Shown here in pieces: positions 1-8,955 of a DNA stretch of 16,265 nucleotides. The notes under the pieces are model-generated. The model ran no database searches. It was not told the origin of the DNA and saw nothing but the letters and a program-made list of their open reading frames with translations. Positions within the stretch are counted from its first letter, which is position 1. Each line of letters starts with the position of its first letter. Source of the DNA: a candidate division WOR-3 bacterium (GTDB lineage Bacteria; Hydrothermota; Tepidihabitantia; Tepidihabitantales; CAIPLT01); assembly GCA_965649215.1 (NCBI GenBank), contig CBFGJZ010000007.1:1-16265 (forward strand), given 5' to 3'. A program made the position numbers and the translations under genes.

Positions 1-519
1 ATTCCATAAGAAATCATAATTGCGGTTAAGGTCAACGCCGTCGCCACTATCCCAAATGCCATTTTGGTTATTGTCTCGGCAATTTTTACGCCATAAAGTA
101 TCAATATTGGAACGGGTGATATAATGACCATCAGGATTGACCATTGGGACAACCCAAATTTCTGTATTATTAACCGCATTTGTTACTAATGAATCAGTAC
201 CATACTTAGTAACTAAATCCCACAGTATTGCCATGCATATCTCAACACCGATAATTTCACAGGCATGATGAACTCCATTATATAAAAGGCGCGGTTCATC
301 TTCTTGGAGTTGCGGATTATCTGATACTTTCATTGCCAGAATTGGTAAATTAAAACCTGTTGTATAACCAATCGTATGAAGTCGAGTAATGGTAGGATAA
401 TTAACGGCAATGTTTATCATTTCATCGACCATCTGGCCATAAGTTCGATATGCGGGGTCGACTGCTAAGAGTTGGGTTGTGCTTAAAATTATGATGCTTA
501 AAATTATTGGATATTTCAC
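1..519 (-). CDS. M14 zinc carboxypeptidase (carboxypeptidase T-like), secreted; only the 5' part is in the window
   Basis: Not in the ORF track; translated by hand. GTG at 519-517, with an in-frame TAA just upstream at 531-529. Translation: MKYPIILSIIILSTTQLLAVDPAYRTY...LAMKVSDNP...EPRLLYNGVHHACE...IWVVPMVNPDG...WRKNCRD...GDGVDLNRNYDFLWN. It has a signal peptide, HxxE Zn ligands and the NPDG, WRKN and GVDLNRN motifs of M14. Open to position 1. Confidence 0.93.
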   Translation of the reverse strand, partial: MKYPIILSIIILSTTQLLAVDPAYRTYGQMVDEMINIAVNYPTITRLHTIGYTTGFNLPILAMKVSDNPQLQEDEPRLLYNGVHHACEIIGVEICMAILWDLVTKYGTDSLVTNAVNNTEIWVVPMVNPDGHYITRSNIDTLWRKNCRDNNQNGIWDSGDGVDLNRNYDFLWN

Positions 520-540
520 TTTATTTTCTTAAAAAATTGA

Positions 541-3500
541 TTAATAAATTACCATTTTACGGCTCTGTTTTTTATTCTCTGTGATGAGAGTATAAAAATA
601 GATACCTTTAGGTACAGTTTGATTGCGAAAGTCAGTGCGATCCCAATTTATTATGTATTCACCAGCATTTTGATATTGATTAACAAGAGTTTTAATATGC
701 GTACCAACACTGTTATAGATTTTTAACTGGACATTTTGAGCAGTTGGTAAAGTGTATTTAATTTGAGTTAAATTGCTAAAAGGATTGGGTGCATTTTGAT
801 AAAGCTGAGATATTAATAAGGGTTGGGCAGTTGTTTCTAAAATCGCATTATAGATTAACATTGGAATTGAAAAGTATACAACCGCAGAATAGTTTGTTGC
901 ATTAATCTGTAAGATAAAATCTAAAATTGAGTCAGTCGGATTACTGACAACTTGAAAACGGAACGGATCGCTTAAATTATTTACAATTGCCGAAGGTGAA
1001 ATTGTGCCTAAATTAGTTATTGAATCAGTAATTATAACATTGCCGTCAAGGCTGCGAATAATTGCAGAAACATTAGAAGCACTAATATTACTGCGATTTT
1101 GGAGATACATTACAAAATCGACAATCTCATTTGGTTCAGGGATGCCATTATTATTACCATAAAGTGAATCATTGATAATGCCATTATTCAAAGTTATCCA
1201 TGGTGAATTTAAATTATTGGGTGATTGAGTGCTAAATCTGACTGCTCGGCCGTTGGTTAGAAAAGCGGATGTTGGATTATAGACATTGTTACGCATATAT
1301 TGAATACCAATTGTTTGCGGTTGATTTTCAATACCAACTGTAACTGACGACGGATTATTAAAGGTATGGTAAATAAATTCTATTATCCCATCACCGGTTG
1401 GGGTAGGGTAATAAATTGGATTATAAAGGATGGTTTGGAAAGTGAAGATATTAGTAGCTTGATTATACATCGGTACTTGATAAAACTCAACAATCCAACG
1501 ATAATTGGTAGCATCGTAATATTGATAAATATCGCCTGCTAAAGATGGGTCAAGATCACACCAAAGTGGTGCAATCATTGCGGCAGGGCCAGAAGTGTCA
1601 GGTATTGGCGTTGTGTTATTACCGAAACGATACGAAGTGCGACCCATCGCTAAAAATCCATTTGAACATACAGATATTGAATCATAATTTTGTCCATAGT
1701 ACTTGAAAGTAAATGGCAAGCGTAAAGTTGTCACGGCAGCATCTTGATTGGTAATTTCCAAAATTAAGCTACCTGGTCCACCGGGTCCAATTTCAAACCA
1801 GTTATAGGTAGGTGCTTGACCCGAAAGAGAGTCAGTATTATCATATGCCCAATAGCCATAGTTATCAGGACCGGTTGGGTCATTTGTAGAACCATTCTCG
1901 GAAACAATTATGAAATTAATCGTATCGCGATAGTAATAGGTACCACCATTACCGATTAAGAACATAGTTAAAGATATTGGATAGTTTTTTGGTAAGGTCG
2001 GGCTGGCAACTATGGCAAATGGGTCTTGGCTATTACTTGCTGATGCATTATGCAGAATATTGCCAAAACCAGCTTGGGAATCAGTGATCGAAATATAAGG
2101 TGATGTTGTTCTTAAAATGGCACTGACGCGATTGAGATTTTCACCAATATTTGTAATGTTAGTGGTTAATTTTATAGCTTCATTTTGTCCAATAGTTGAA
2201 TTGTTATTACCACCTGGAGGTGGGTCAATAACACTGACTGATGTTAAGTTGATTTTACCTGCATAGACTATAGTATTAATCTGTCTATCCCAAACGCGAG
2301 CTTGAGCATCTTGGATATGCAGTTGGAAAGTAATCTGTTCGTTGTTACGACAGTTAGAAGAGACCCAAAAACGATAAATTTGTTGGGAGATAACACTTTC
2401 CCCAACTGCAATCGTACCGTATTCACAAAGACTGTCTTGAATTGTAATATATGGATTATTGGTTCTTAAATAGGCCTGTACATTAGGAGCGTTGATATTA
2501 CCGTCGTTGCGTAAAATAACTGATAATTGAATTTGTTCGCCGGGATTTATTTTGCCATCATTATTTCCCAGTTGTTCTGTAAAATTATAAGAAACAATAT
2601 TTATATAGGGTTGATTAGCCGGTATAAAACGGATTGTATTTTCAAAAGGTATATAATTAGGGGCGGTCACCGTGATATCCATAATACCACTTGCTTGAGG
2701 TGTGAATGAAAGATTGATGAGACCTTGCATGTTAGTATAACCCCAAGTGTAAATTATGGTGTCCATACGCAGACATACTAATGCATTAGGAACCGCATTG
2801 TTGTTTTGATTGCGGACAGTAATTTGAAGACTACTTTGAGTCGAGGGAATAACGGAATCGTAAAGAACCAGCATGGGTTTGGGAGCATCGGTCCATAATT
2901 GTAAGGTTGGGTCGCCAAAAAGATTCCATTCACGGTAACGATCCGAAGAATATCCAGCCGGTTGTATAGAATCAAGAATGAATTTTGCTCTTTTAGCAGC
3001 ATCACCCATCGCATAAACTTTATCTTCAAATACGGAGCGGAAAAATCCAACCGAGACGGTACCGCGTTGCATTGCTAAACCAGAACCTGAACTAGTCATT
3101 GTAGAAGCAAAAAATCCAACTGAACCTTTCGGTGTTGTAACACTGCCTGCATTGATAAATCGGTCAGCGGCATAACCAGTGCTGGATAGGCTCATTGTGG
3201 CACAAGTGCCAGAGACTACGACAGGTAGTTTGTAGCCGTTATTACAATTATTGGGTTCAGTTGAAAAAGGTGTCCACCAGTTGGTTGTAGATTGACCACG
3301 AAATAAGACATAGGCTCGACCATCTGTAATGCCATTTACAATATCAGTACTGGAATGGCCACGATTTTTTGATAAAGAATCAACATAGACATAACCATTG
3401 CGTAACCATTGCGTAAATACATAACGAGCATTTTCCCAGTAATAAGTATCAGGATATTGTGTTGGCGGATAACCCGAATAGTCTTCTCGCACAATCGTCA

Positions 3501-3966
3501 TACCTTTACGAAACCATAATGTATCAGTAAGATAGGGATATCTTTCATAATTCAATGTTTTATTTACAATATTTCTTAGTTGATCAAGATTACTAGCTGG
3601 TAATCGACCAATACTGAGTTCAATTAAATAACTACCACCCATATCTGCAAAATAATCATCAGATGAACCTGAAGTAGCTAAAACACTGCCATGTCCTGCT
3701 AACAAAATATATTCAGGTCTTATTTGCCAGTTATTATAAGCATTTAAGATATAATTCTTAATTTGCGACGCAGAACTGCCAGTTACAGATAAAGGGACAA
3801 TCATTGTTTTAATACCTTTTTTGGTTTTCCAATCCGCAAATTGTTGTAGTTCGGAGACAAAATTATCAGGTGCGATGATGAGATATTTTGCACCATAGTA
3901 TGCAAATAGCGTATTGATAAGAATTATATTTATCAAGAGGATAAATAGAAAAGAACTCTTTTTCAT
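541..3966 (-). CDS. C25 (gingipain-like) family protein without prodomain; Ig-like repeats, nidogen-like domain, C-terminal T9SS/FlgD-Ig-type sorting domain
   Basis: Signal peptide followed directly by KYLIIAP..WKTKKG, YILLAG, IGRLP, LPVVVSGTC and WNLFGDP (C25 motifs). Three GNNxG..PxE Ig-like repeats, GPDNYGY/LPFTFKYYG domain, and a C-terminal PNPF..IYNSVG..GIYFY..KMVIY. SD AAGGAG upstream. Confidence 0.9.
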   Translation of the reverse strand: MKKSSFLFILLINIILINTLFAYYGAKYLIIAPDNFVSELQQFADWKTKKGIKTMIVPLSVTGSSASQIKNYILNAYNNWQIRPEYILLAGHGSVLATSGSSDDYFADMGGSYLIELSIGRLPASNLDQLRNIVNKTLNYERYPYLTDTLWFRKGMTIVREDYSGYPPTQYPDTYYWENARYVFTQWLRNGYVYVDSLSKNRGHSSTDIVNGITDGRAYVLFRGQSTTNWWTPFSTEPNNCNNGYKLPVVVSGTCATMSLSSTGYAADRFINAGSVTTPKGSVGFFASTMTSSGSGLAMQRGTVSVGFFRSVFEDKVYAMGDAAKRAKFILDSIQPAGYSSDRYREWNLFGDPTLQLWTDAPKPMLVLYDSVIPSTQSSLQITVRNQNNNAVPNALVCLRMDTIIYTWGYTNMQGLINLSFTPQASGIMDITVTAPNYIPFENTIRFIPANQPYINIVSYNFTEQLGNNDGKINPGEQIQLSVILRNDGNINAPNVQAYLRTNNPYITIQDSLCEYGTIAVGESVISQQIYRFWVSSNCRNNEQITFQLHIQDAQARVWDRQINTIVYAGKINLTSVSVIDPPPGGNNNSTIGQNEAIKLTTNITNIGENLNRVSAILRTTSPYISITDSQAGFGNILHNASASNSQDPFAIVASPTLPKNYPISLTMFLIGNGGTYYYRDTINFIIVSENGSTNDPTGPDNYGYWAYDNTDSLSGQAPTYNWFEIGPGGPGSLILEITNQDAAVTTLRLPFTFKYYGQNYDSISVCSNGFLAMGRTSYRFGNNTTPIPDTSGPAAMIAPLWCDLDPSLAGDIYQYYDATNYRWIVEFYQVPMYNQATNIFTFQTILYNPIYYPTPTGDGIIEFIYHTFNNPSSVTVGIENQPQTIGIQYMRNNVYNPTSAFLTNGRAVRFSTQSPNNLNSPWITLNNGIINDSLYGNNNGIPEPNEIVDFVMYLQNRSNISASNVSAIIRSLDGNVIITDSITNLGTISPSAIVNNLSDPFRFQVVSNPTDSILDFILQINATNYSAVVYFSIPMLIYNAILETTAQPLLISQLYQNAPNPFSNLTQIKYTLPTAQNVQLKIYNSVGTHIKTLVNQYQNAGEYIINWDRTDFRNQTVPKGIYFYTLITENKKQSRKMVIY

Positions 3967-3984
3967 TTTTATTGTTGCTCCTTC

Positions 3985-5313
3985 TTATTTTTGATAAATG
4001 ATACGTTTCATATAGTATTTATCTTTGACTTTAATTATTGCTAAATAGATTCCTGAGGCAACTTGTTTATTATAAGTATCAGTTCCGTTCCACGCCAAAA
4101 TATTATTTTGATAGTCTAATGTCTTAATATGTTTTCCCGAAATATCAAAGATTTGAACCGATTGATTTGGGTTAGCTTGATTGAGGATAAAGTTTATTTG
4201 AGTGCGAAACGGATTAGGTTTCACAATAATTTCATTAGAGATATTTTGAGACATTAGAAAATTTTGTTCTTGAATGCCAACATTGGCAATATACCAATTT
4301 GCTCCACCATTATGCGTGTATAAAACAAAACCGTTTCCAGCAATTAAACCGTGCAGAGTGTCGGCAAAATCTACATCAAATAATGTAGTATCAACATTAC
4401 TTTGTTGGATAACCCAAGTATTACCTCCATTCGAAGTATGAAGGATAGTGCCATTTCGACCAACTGCCCAGCCATGCGTAGAACCGACAAATTTTAATGC
4501 CCGTAGGTAGTGTGCTTGATAAGGAATCGGGACATTTTGCCAACTCAGACCACCATCATTGGTTTTCATAATAACCGCTTGATTATTACGGTCATTACCA
4601 CCAACTACCCAACCATGTAGTGAATCAATAAATTTGATATCAAAAAAGTCGTATATCGTATCTCTTTTGAGAAGTTGCCAAGTATTGGGATTTCCACCAC
4701 CATCAATAGTACGAGCAATATAGCCCTGTCCTTTAACATATACGGTTTCACCAGCAACAGGGTCATATTCAGGATAACGGCCAGCACAAAACCATCCGCG
4801 ATTTTCATCAATGAAATGAATTCCGTAAATATCACAAGAATCAGCTGAAAATGGTGGGTTGGGTAAGAAAACTCCTTCCCAAGTTGAAAAACTAAAAGTA
4901 GTCTCGCTACCGGCAATAGTCTTGGCAACGATGGCTTCACCACATGCAGCCCAACCCACGGTATCATTTATGAAAAATACTCGCGCTGCCCATTTGGATA
5001 ATCCCATTGCTTGACGATACCAATTTTGGCCCCCATTTGGCGAGTAGAAGATAAATCCTTCATTACCACCAATCCAACACTTTTGACTATTAAGGGCAAA
5101 AATATCAAAATAATAGCGTTGTGAAGTAAAACTTTGATTCTGCCAACTTAAACCACAATTGGGAGTGTGTTTTACTAAACCGGTATCATTGGCAACAATC
5201 CAACCTAAAGTTGTGTTAGGTGCTAAAGCAGTACCACGCCAATTAACTGCAATTACTTGAGGTATTATTACTAACCCAGATAGGGCGATTATAAATAATA
5301 TTTTTTTATACAT
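3985..5313 (-). CDS. YCF48/BNR (Asp-box-like) beta-propeller protein with C-terminal T9SS/FlgD-type domain
   Basis: Signal peptide; about 7 repeats of GW(A/V)xG...(H/K)TxxGGxxW (HTPNCGLSW, YSPNGGQNW, KTNDGGLSW, HTSNGGNTW, YTHNGGANW); C-terminal PNPF..IFDISG..WNGTD..VASGIY. SD GGAG upstream. Confidence 0.88.
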   Translation of the reverse strand: MYKKILFIIALSGLVIIPQVIAVNWRGTALAPNTTLGWIVANDTGLVKHTPNCGLSWQNQSFTSQRYYFDIFALNSQKCWIGGNEGFIFYSPNGGQNWYRQAMGLSKWAARVFFINDTVGWAACGEAIVAKTIAGSETTFSFSTWEGVFLPNPPFSADSCDIYGIHFIDENRGWFCAGRYPEYDPVAGETVYVKGQGYIARTIDGGGNPNTWQLLKRDTIYDFFDIKFIDSLHGWVVGGNDRNNQAVIMKTNDGGLSWQNVPIPYQAHYLRALKFVGSTHGWAVGRNGTILHTSNGGNTWVIQQSNVDTTLFDVDFADTLHGLIAGNGFVLYTHNGGANWYIANVGIQEQNFLMSQNISNEIIVKPNPFRTQINFILNQANPNQSVQIFDISGKHIKTLDYQNNILAWNGTDTYNKQVASGIYLAIIKVKDKYYMKRIIYQK

Positions 5314-5328
5314 ATCTATTACTCCATT

Positions 5329-8300
5329 TTAATTCAAAATCATTTTTATTTTCTGATTAACTTTATTATCATTGTTTTTAATTGATAGTATGGCAAAATA
5401 GATACCAGCAGGTATTTTTTGGTTCTGCCATTTAAGTTGATATTGGCCAGCAGAATGATATTTATTGTCTATCAAATTTAACTTTATTTTGCCAGTTATA
5501 TCATATACTTTTAGACTTACCATACCATCATGAGATAATGAATAATAAAAATTAGTATAAGATTTTATCGGATTAGGAAAGATTGAGAAGAACTTGGGAT
5601 TATTAATAACATAATGATTGAGTTCTTTTATTGCAGTAAAGGTATCGGGTGGATTGGTTGTGAATTTTATTGCTCTACCGGGTTCAATAATTGCAGCAGC
5701 AGAGGGGTAGTGATTTGCAAAAGTGTATTCAATACCGTCTAAAAGATTTGGGCTTTCAATGCCAACTGTGGCATAATTGTGACAATCCACTGACGCAGAA
5801 TCGTCATTAAACACAGTATGATATTGAAAGATAATCGGACCGTCACCGGTTCGAGTTGGATAATAAGTCGGATTTAAGAGAAGTACTTGAAAAGTTTGTT
5901 GTTCAGCAGGATAGGGATTTCGAAAGCCATGCATATGATGAATTCGGGACCATTGGATAATAAAACGATGATTAGCAGCATCATAATGATAATAAATCCC
6001 TGATGAAGAGAGTGTCTCGGGATGGAAATAATCCCAAAATGGAGCAATTAATGCGGGCGGACCCATGGGAGAAGGAATTGACCAATTATACATATCAATA
6101 ATCCAAGTAGAATCCATTGCCATATAGCCATTCGAAGCAATAGAAATCCGATTATAGTTATTGCCATAATATTTAAAAGTGAAAGGTAAATTTATAACGC
6201 GAATTGAATTATTGGGCATTGAGAGTCGTGTTCCACTCCCGCCGTAGTTTGGATCGATCTCAATCCAATTATAAGTAGGACATTCAGCATATGCAAGATC
6301 CATATTATCATATGCCCAATAACCATATTGATCAGGACCTAATGGAGCAGTAAAATTGATATTGCCAATTGTGATTGGAAATTCAACGATTCTTTCATAA
6401 CTTGAATTTCGTAAAACTAATTGTAGATATATTTTACGACCAATTGCTAATGATGATGCAGCATGGATTGTAAAGTAATCAGATGAATTTTGAATAGAAT
6501 CACCGACATTAATTGTACCATAGTAACCAATTGAATCTAACACTTGTATTGCATAAGGATTAGCACTCCGTAAAATTGCGGAAACATTAGAAATATTTTC
6601 CAGACCGCGATTATAAACTTTAACAATCAGATTAGCAGTTTCATTGGGTTCTAAAATATTATTATTACCATCGACAACAGAATGACTTTTATACGATAAT
6701 TCAGCACTGCGAACTATGCCGTTAAAACCTGCCTGCCAACTATTAGATGTGCTAGTAATGGCAATTTGAAAGTTAATACGATGGTTATTCGTACAATTGG
6801 TGGCAACAATAAATTGGAATGGTCCATTTATACTGATTTGATTAGGTGCAATATCACCAAATGACTTAGTCGAATCTAATATTGTTATATAATTGTCTGA
6901 ACTGCGAAGGGTAGCAAAAGTATTATATGCAGTTTGAGTAGTACCATAGTTTTTTAGTGAGATCATTATATTATTTGTTTGGCCAGCAATGATACTACCA
7001 CTATGGTTATAATAACCAACATATAAGGCACTTGGAATTATTTGGACATTACCTCGATGGGGTAAGAAATTGTGTTTGGTTACAGTGACAAATAGAGTAT
7101 CTTGAGTTTGAGTTAGAAAATTAAACAAAGCCAAACCACTTTCATTAGTATAACTTATCTGTTTAACTTCATTGTTTTTGAAGATTGAAACTAATGCGTT
7201 GGCAACAGGCTGATTATTGCTATTTTGTACGGATATGGTTAATTGAGAACTACCAATTGGTAGTTGATTAGGATAATTTACCACAAATTGTTTTGGGGTT
7301 GTACCATACCACATTTCTAATGATGGGTCCCCTAAAATATTATAAGTGCAAACATGAGTTGTTAAAGCAAGAGTGTCTGATGCCATTGGAAAATTGTTGA
7401 GCATTTCAATTTTGCCACGGAATAAAGCAGGACCAAGATTAGTGATGCCTTCTTCAAAAATGCCAAAATAAACTCCATAATCATGGCAATTATTAAAGCG
7501 TGTTGAAGTTGTCGCATAAATTGGTCCATAAAATGCAACACCCCCGCGGGGTTGAGTGGGACTGCCAGCAATAAGCCAGGTTGTGCCAAAATTTGTTGTG
7601 GCCGTAAAATTACCTGTGGCGCAATAAAAGCTTGTTACAATTGGTAATTTCCAGCCATTGTTAAGATTAGCAACATCTTGGAATTTAAAATAGGGATAAC
7701 TCCATCCTTCTCGATTGCCCCAACCCCGACCATTGACAAAAGTAACTCCACGATTGATGATTGTATCGATAACGCCAACACCATTTGATATTGGCGGATG
7801 AAAAACTGTATCGACTTGATAGTAATTATGATTAATAAGAAGATTACGTACCCATCTTTTAGTAACAAGGGCAGTCCAAACTGGTACACCGGATGATTGA
7901 TAGGTGGTAGCAACCATTAAAGCTCGTTTATACCACAAAGTGTCCGCAAGATGAGGTGATTGTTCATAACCGATAGATTTAGCAACCATTACTGATAATT
8001 CTGAAGTACTACTAGTGGGAAAACGACCTACAAACAAATCAGGATATAAATCATCACCGTCAACGCAGGCGTATAAATGATCACCAACAGTCTGGCTACT
8101 TGAGATTGGAGGAATATCCGTGGCATTGCCGACTAATAAGACATATTCAATTTTTGGGGTCCAAGTTGCATAAGCTTGAGCAATGTAGTTTTTGATAGCA
8201 GCAGAAGTCGTTCCAATTTCTGATTTGCGTTTCACCGTTACTGTCCAACCTTTTTGATTTTTCCATTGAGCAAATGGTAAAATTGTATTATAAAGTGCAT

Positions 8301-8955
8301 CAGTTACGATTATAAGGTAGCCTTTGGGTAGACCAGAAGAAAAAGTCATCGTTTCATCAGCTTGATAATTTAAAATCGTATTTTGGAAAAATTGCGACCA
8401 ACTTGGTGAAATGAAAAGGTGATCGCGATACGCATCGAAATTATTGTTAGATTTAAGTTCAATTTCAATATTTTTATAACTAACAAGAGAATGACTGTTT
8501 TTGTCATATCGATATTGACGCACAATCAACGGCATAACTTTTAGACCATGCATTATCCCACTTTTGCCGAAATATGCAAAGGGAAGATGTTGAGATTCAT
8601 CAGCGTTATTTATCTCTGGATATTTTGAGATGGGTATAGTTACGGAGTCAATGGCAACTATTTTTAATTCAATGTCCTCAGAAGATGTAGTAATTAATTT
8701 TGATTGATAGATGAGGTAATTATCGGAATTAACAAACTCGTCAACTATTAAATCGGTTATCTCATCTTGTAATAAAATGTCATCTGCAATTTTGGTTTCT
8801 ATTTTTAGATAATTCGGTGCTTGATATTGACAGGTAAAATCAGTTAAGGTACTTAAAGGAATCGGTGATTTTATATTTGTTACTGCCCAGCCGATAGTAG
8901 TAAAAATACTTATAACAATAAAAAAGATGATATTTTTCATGTTATTATTCAACAT
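5329..8955 (-). CDS. C25 (gingipain-like) family protein with N-terminal propeptide-like region, Ig-like repeats, nidogen-like domain and C-terminal sorting domain
   Basis: About 190-aa N-terminal pro-region, then GYLIIV..WKNQKG, YVLLVG, DGDDLYPDLFVGRFP, LPIVTSFYC, YNILGDP; GPDQYGYWAY/LPFTFKYYG; C-terminal FPNP..VYDITG..AGIYF. The true start may be the ATG at 8940 (MKNIIFF...) rather than 8955. Confidence 0.9.
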   Translation of the reverse strand: MLNNNMKNIIFFIVISIFTTIGWAVTNIKSPIPLSTLTDFTCQYQAPNYLKIETKIADDILLQDEITDLIVDEFVNSDNYLIYQSKLITTSSEDIELKIVAIDSVTIPISKYPEINNADESQHLPFAYFGKSGIMHGLKVMPLIVRQYRYDKNSHSLVSYKNIEIELKSNNNFDAYRDHLFISPSWSQFFQNTILNYQADETMTFSSGLPKGYLIIVTDALYNTILPFAQWKNQKGWTVTVKRKSEIGTTSAAIKNYIAQAYATWTPKIEYVLLVGNATDIPPISSSQTVGDHLYACVDGDDLYPDLFVGRFPTSSTSELSVMVAKSIGYEQSPHLADTLWYKRALMVATTYQSSGVPVWTALVTKRWVRNLLINHNYYQVDTVFHPPISNGVGVIDTIINRGVTFVNGRGWGNREGWSYPYFKFQDVANLNNGWKLPIVTSFYCATGNFTATTNFGTTWLIAGSPTQPRGGVAFYGPIYATTSTRFNNCHDYGVYFGIFEEGITNLGPALFRGKIEMLNNFPMASDTLALTTHVCTYNILGDPSLEMWYGTTPKQFVVNYPNQLPIGSSQLTISVQNSNNQPVANALVSIFKNNEVKQISYTNESGLALFNFLTQTQDTLFVTVTKHNFLPHRGNVQIIPSALYVGYYNHSGSIIAGQTNNIMISLKNYGTTQTAYNTFATLRSSDNYITILDSTKSFGDIAPNQISINGPFQFIVATNCTNNHRINFQIAITSTSNSWQAGFNGIVRSAELSYKSHSVVDGNNNILEPNETANLIVKVYNRGLENISNVSAILRSANPYAIQVLDSIGYYGTINVGDSIQNSSDYFTIHAASSLAIGRKIYLQLVLRNSSYERIVEFPITIGNINFTAPLGPDQYGYWAYDNMDLAYAECPTYNWIEIDPNYGGSGTRLSMPNNSIRVINLPFTFKYYGNNYNRISIASNGYMAMDSTWIIDMYNWSIPSPMGPPALIAPFWDYFHPETLSSSGIYYHYDAANHRFIIQWSRIHHMHGFRNPYPAEQQTFQVLLLNPTYYPTRTGDGPIIFQYHTVFNDDSASVDCHNYATVGIESPNLLDGIEYTFANHYPSAAAIIEPGRAIKFTTNPPDTFTAIKELNHYVINNPKFFSIFPNPIKSYTNFYYSLSHDGMVSLKVYDITGKIKLNLIDNKYHSAGQYQLKWQNQKIPAGIYFAILSIKNNDNKVNQKIKMILN

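Noticed and set aside
480-507. Duplicated TGCTTAAAATTAT in the M14 signal peptide
   Set aside because: In-frame 15-nt-period micro-duplication (IILS-IIILS) of a hydrophobic segment, with no wider significance evident.
2527-3050. Short ORFs 2527..2709(+) and 2778..3050(-)
   Set aside because: They lie wholly inside the well-supported C25 gene and show no recognisable motifs; shadow ORFs.
3392-3416. 11-bp tandem repeat (TAACCATTGCG x2 + TAA) inside the C25 gene, a possible slippage site
   Set aside because: Only two units; the frame is intact and the segment aligns without a gap to the paralogue (TQWLRNGYVYVDS vs NLLINHNYYQVDT), so it is probably chance.
4605-7913. Short alternative-frame ORFs 4605..4967, 7362..7589 and 7635..7913
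   Set aside because: Nested in the YCF48-like and C25 genes, whose main frames are intact; no sign of frameshifted domains.
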